From a virus (taxonomy: Duplodnaviria; Caudoviricetes), in IMG/VR virus record IMGVR_UViG_3300029288_000077, positions 32,001 through 96,000 of that record: a DNA stretch of 64,000 nucleotides, one strand, 5' to 3'. The notes beneath the pieces were generated by a model. The model saw only the letters and a list, made by a program, of their open reading frames with translations, ran no database searches and was not told where the DNA came from. The first letter of the stretch is position 1. Every line of letters begins with the position of its first letter. Shown here one piece after another: positions 62,261-64,000 of the stretch. The translations under genes and the position numbers were made by a program.

Positions 62261-62772
62261 AGAAGATAGCTTTTCTATTTTTGCTGGTTTTTGCTGTTGC
62301 TGCCCAAGCACAAGTAAATCAACAGGTAGATTGCCGCCTTAGAGATGCCACAAACCCAACTACTCGTGCTGCTGTGGGTGCTGCCACCGGGTCTACATTC
62401 GCAGTCTCTATCATAGGACTAACAGTAAAATCTGCTAATTATTTTTACAATGGGAGTGCCTGGGCTCCCATGATCCCTCCTTGGGGTACAGGATCCCTTT
62501 CTTCTGCAACAAATTGTGTTGCCATGGACACGGTTGGCACAGAGATTACAATTGTTCCTGGGTGGCACAAAATAAAAGCCATAAGCAACAGTGCTTGTTT
62601 GTTGTCGGGTGCAGTTGGTGTGTTAGCCTCCTTGACATGCGGAGCAGGTACGATGGGGTATCAATTAAGCGAAGGGGAACGCTTAGAAATTTACATACCA
62701 GACGTGCGTTTGGCAGTAAAAGCACCAACTAGCGTAACCGGTGATCTCTTGTGCGTAATTCGCATATACTAA
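62257..62772 (+). CDS. Signal-peptide-bearing beta-rich protein
   Basis: MKKIAFLFLLVFAVAAQA/Q. Confidence 0.65.
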   Translation: MKKIAFLFLLVFAVAAQAQVNQQVDCRLRDATNPTTRAAVGAATGSTFAVSIIGLTVKSANYFYNGSAWAPMIPPWGTGSLSSATNCVAMDTVGTEITIVPGWHKIKAISNSACLLSGAVGVLASLTCGAGTMGYQLSEGERLEIYIPDVRLAVKAPTSVTGDLLCVIRIY

Positions 62773-64000
62773 TAGCGGTCGCATATATTTTTTCTGTAAG
62801 CACATCTTTATCAGAAGATGCGGGGGAATTGTATCCGAAGTGGAGCGCCTCGTTTTCAGGATCTGATTACATAGATCCGTGTGTGGTGCGCGCCGGGGTT
62901 AAGGTATGCCCGACGTTGGACATGAACTTCGACCAGGCAGTTGCCGCGCAGGTAACCCCTGACGTGGGGCCAGCAGGGTTTGTACTGGATGTGGGGGGAA
63001 CTCCTGTACGTGTGCCTGATGGAACTTACCCCGATGGATTTGATGGTTCTAGTGGTAATGCTTGGGATATGCAAGGCGGGTATCTATACAGAGCGCACGC
63101 CAGCGGTGGAAGTGCGTTCAATCCTAACACAGCATTCTCCGCTTGCGTCGTGGTTACTCCGAACACCGCCATCACAACCAACAGCAGCCTACTTGGAAAG
63201 TATGACAGCACGTTCGCCAACCGCTCCTGGATGCTGTACGCCACCGCCGCAGACGGAGGATCGGCCGCAGCACTGTTTTCTGACAACGGCACCACCGATG
63301 CTGGGCACGTAACTGTACTGACTCGCACACTCGGGTTCCGCCCGCACATGACCAGCGTGGTTTGCATCACCTGGAGGAACGCCGGGGACGGTACCTCCCC
63401 GGCCGCGCTGTACGTCAACCGACTAGCCGTGGCTGGTACCGCCGCCGCACAGGCCCCCATCTACGCTTCCACGGCTCCGTTCTCTATTGGCTGCCAGAAC
63501 GTAGGCACGTACCCCTTCCCAGGACAGATCCACAGAGTCACCTTCTGGCAGGATGTGGAGTTGACTGCTGCTGAAGTGCAGCACTACCAGGCAGGTTATT
63601 TTGGGTACTTGGACAACAACGGGGTGACCTCACCAACATTTTACACAGGACTTAGTACAGATATTCCTCCATCTATCCCTTTTGCTAAAGCAGACACTGT
63701 AATTGAACCATTTATAGGAATGGCTGGTCAGGGGTTTTCTCGTGTAGGAGAATTAGTAGAAGGGGTTGGTGGCATTGCTTGGAATGAACCAACTATAAAT
63801 CTGTTACCAAACCCGTCTGCAGAATATGTAGATGAGGATCCGGAGGGGCCTGGAGGAACGTACCGTCCATTAGGTTGGGAGTTTCTCTGTAGTGACTGCG
63901 ATCCTTGGCTGCAAGTATCTGACGATCATTCCGCACACGGTAGCAATGCTATGGTTATTGGTCGTGCAGACGAATTCACTACTGGAGAGGCTTATTCAAC
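62751..64000 (+). CDS. LamG/concanavalin A-like domain protein, partial (runs off the window; not in the ORF track)
   Basis: Open frame from GTG 62751 (GGTGA RBS) to the window end; FSACVVVTP, RSWMLY, VCITW, ALYVN, PFSIG, FPGQIHRVTFW, LTAAEV. Confidence 0.8.
   Translation, partial: MRNSHILIAVAYIFSVSTSLSEDAGELYPKWSASFSGSDYIDPCVVRAGVKVCPTLDMNFDQAVAAQVTPDVGPAGFVLDVGGTPVRVPDGTYPDGFDGSSGNAWDMQGGYLYRAHASGGSAFNPNTAFSACVVVTPNTAITTNSSLLGKYDSTFANRSWMLYATAADGGSAAALFSDNGTTDAGHVTVLTRTLGFRPHMTSVVCITWRNAGDGTSPAALYVNRLAVAGTAAAQAPIYASTAPFSIGCQNVGTYPFPGQIHRVTFWQDVELTAAEVQHYQAGYFGYLDNNGVTSPTFYTGLSTDIPPSIPFAKADTVIEPFIGMAGQGFSRVGELVEGVGGIAWNEPTINLLPNPSAEYVDEDPEGPGGTYRPLGWEFLCSDCDPWLQVSDDHSAHGSNAMVIGRADEFTTGEAYS

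Noticed and set aside
1-64000. Stop-codon reassignment
   Set aside because: Core genes are full length and tightly packed under the standard code, and TAA, TAG and TGA all end genes

Overview
This 64 kb window is part of a large tailed dsDNA phage genome (Caudoviricetes, standard genetic code, sigma70-like promoters and Shine-Dalgarno sites, almost entirely + strand). The HK97-type head genes are dispersed: terminase (13.8-15.7 kb), portal (31.9-33.7 kb), then protease, scaffold, decoration protein and major capsid protein (49.6-53.8 kb), with neck-type genes and a LamG protein at the right end. Two blocks of small accessory genes (0-13.7 kb and 37-49.5 kb) encode NADAR, WYL, a PD-(D/E)XK nuclease, RmlD, an AAA ATPase, a HAD protein, a stand-alone DHHA1 and an Hc1-like protein. 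A solo TnpB sits inside the head module. Two signals are not explained by routine annotation. (1) A ~1.4 kb promoter-driven non-coding array of stem-closed RNA modules, some of them tRNA-like, punctuated by a repeated GTTCTTTGAAAAG motif that resembles rRNA boxA (11.5-12.9 kb). (2) About 20 mostly unrelated, mostly acidic proteins share a short KA[IV]xVL[SAG] tag, and about 10 more share a second xxA-Q/S tag. Most lie between terminase and portal or just beyond the portal. This looks like a capsid-targeting and protease-processing code for a large injected cargo set, and there is DNA evidence of cassette swapping. All calls come from reading motifs by eye; no database searches were run.
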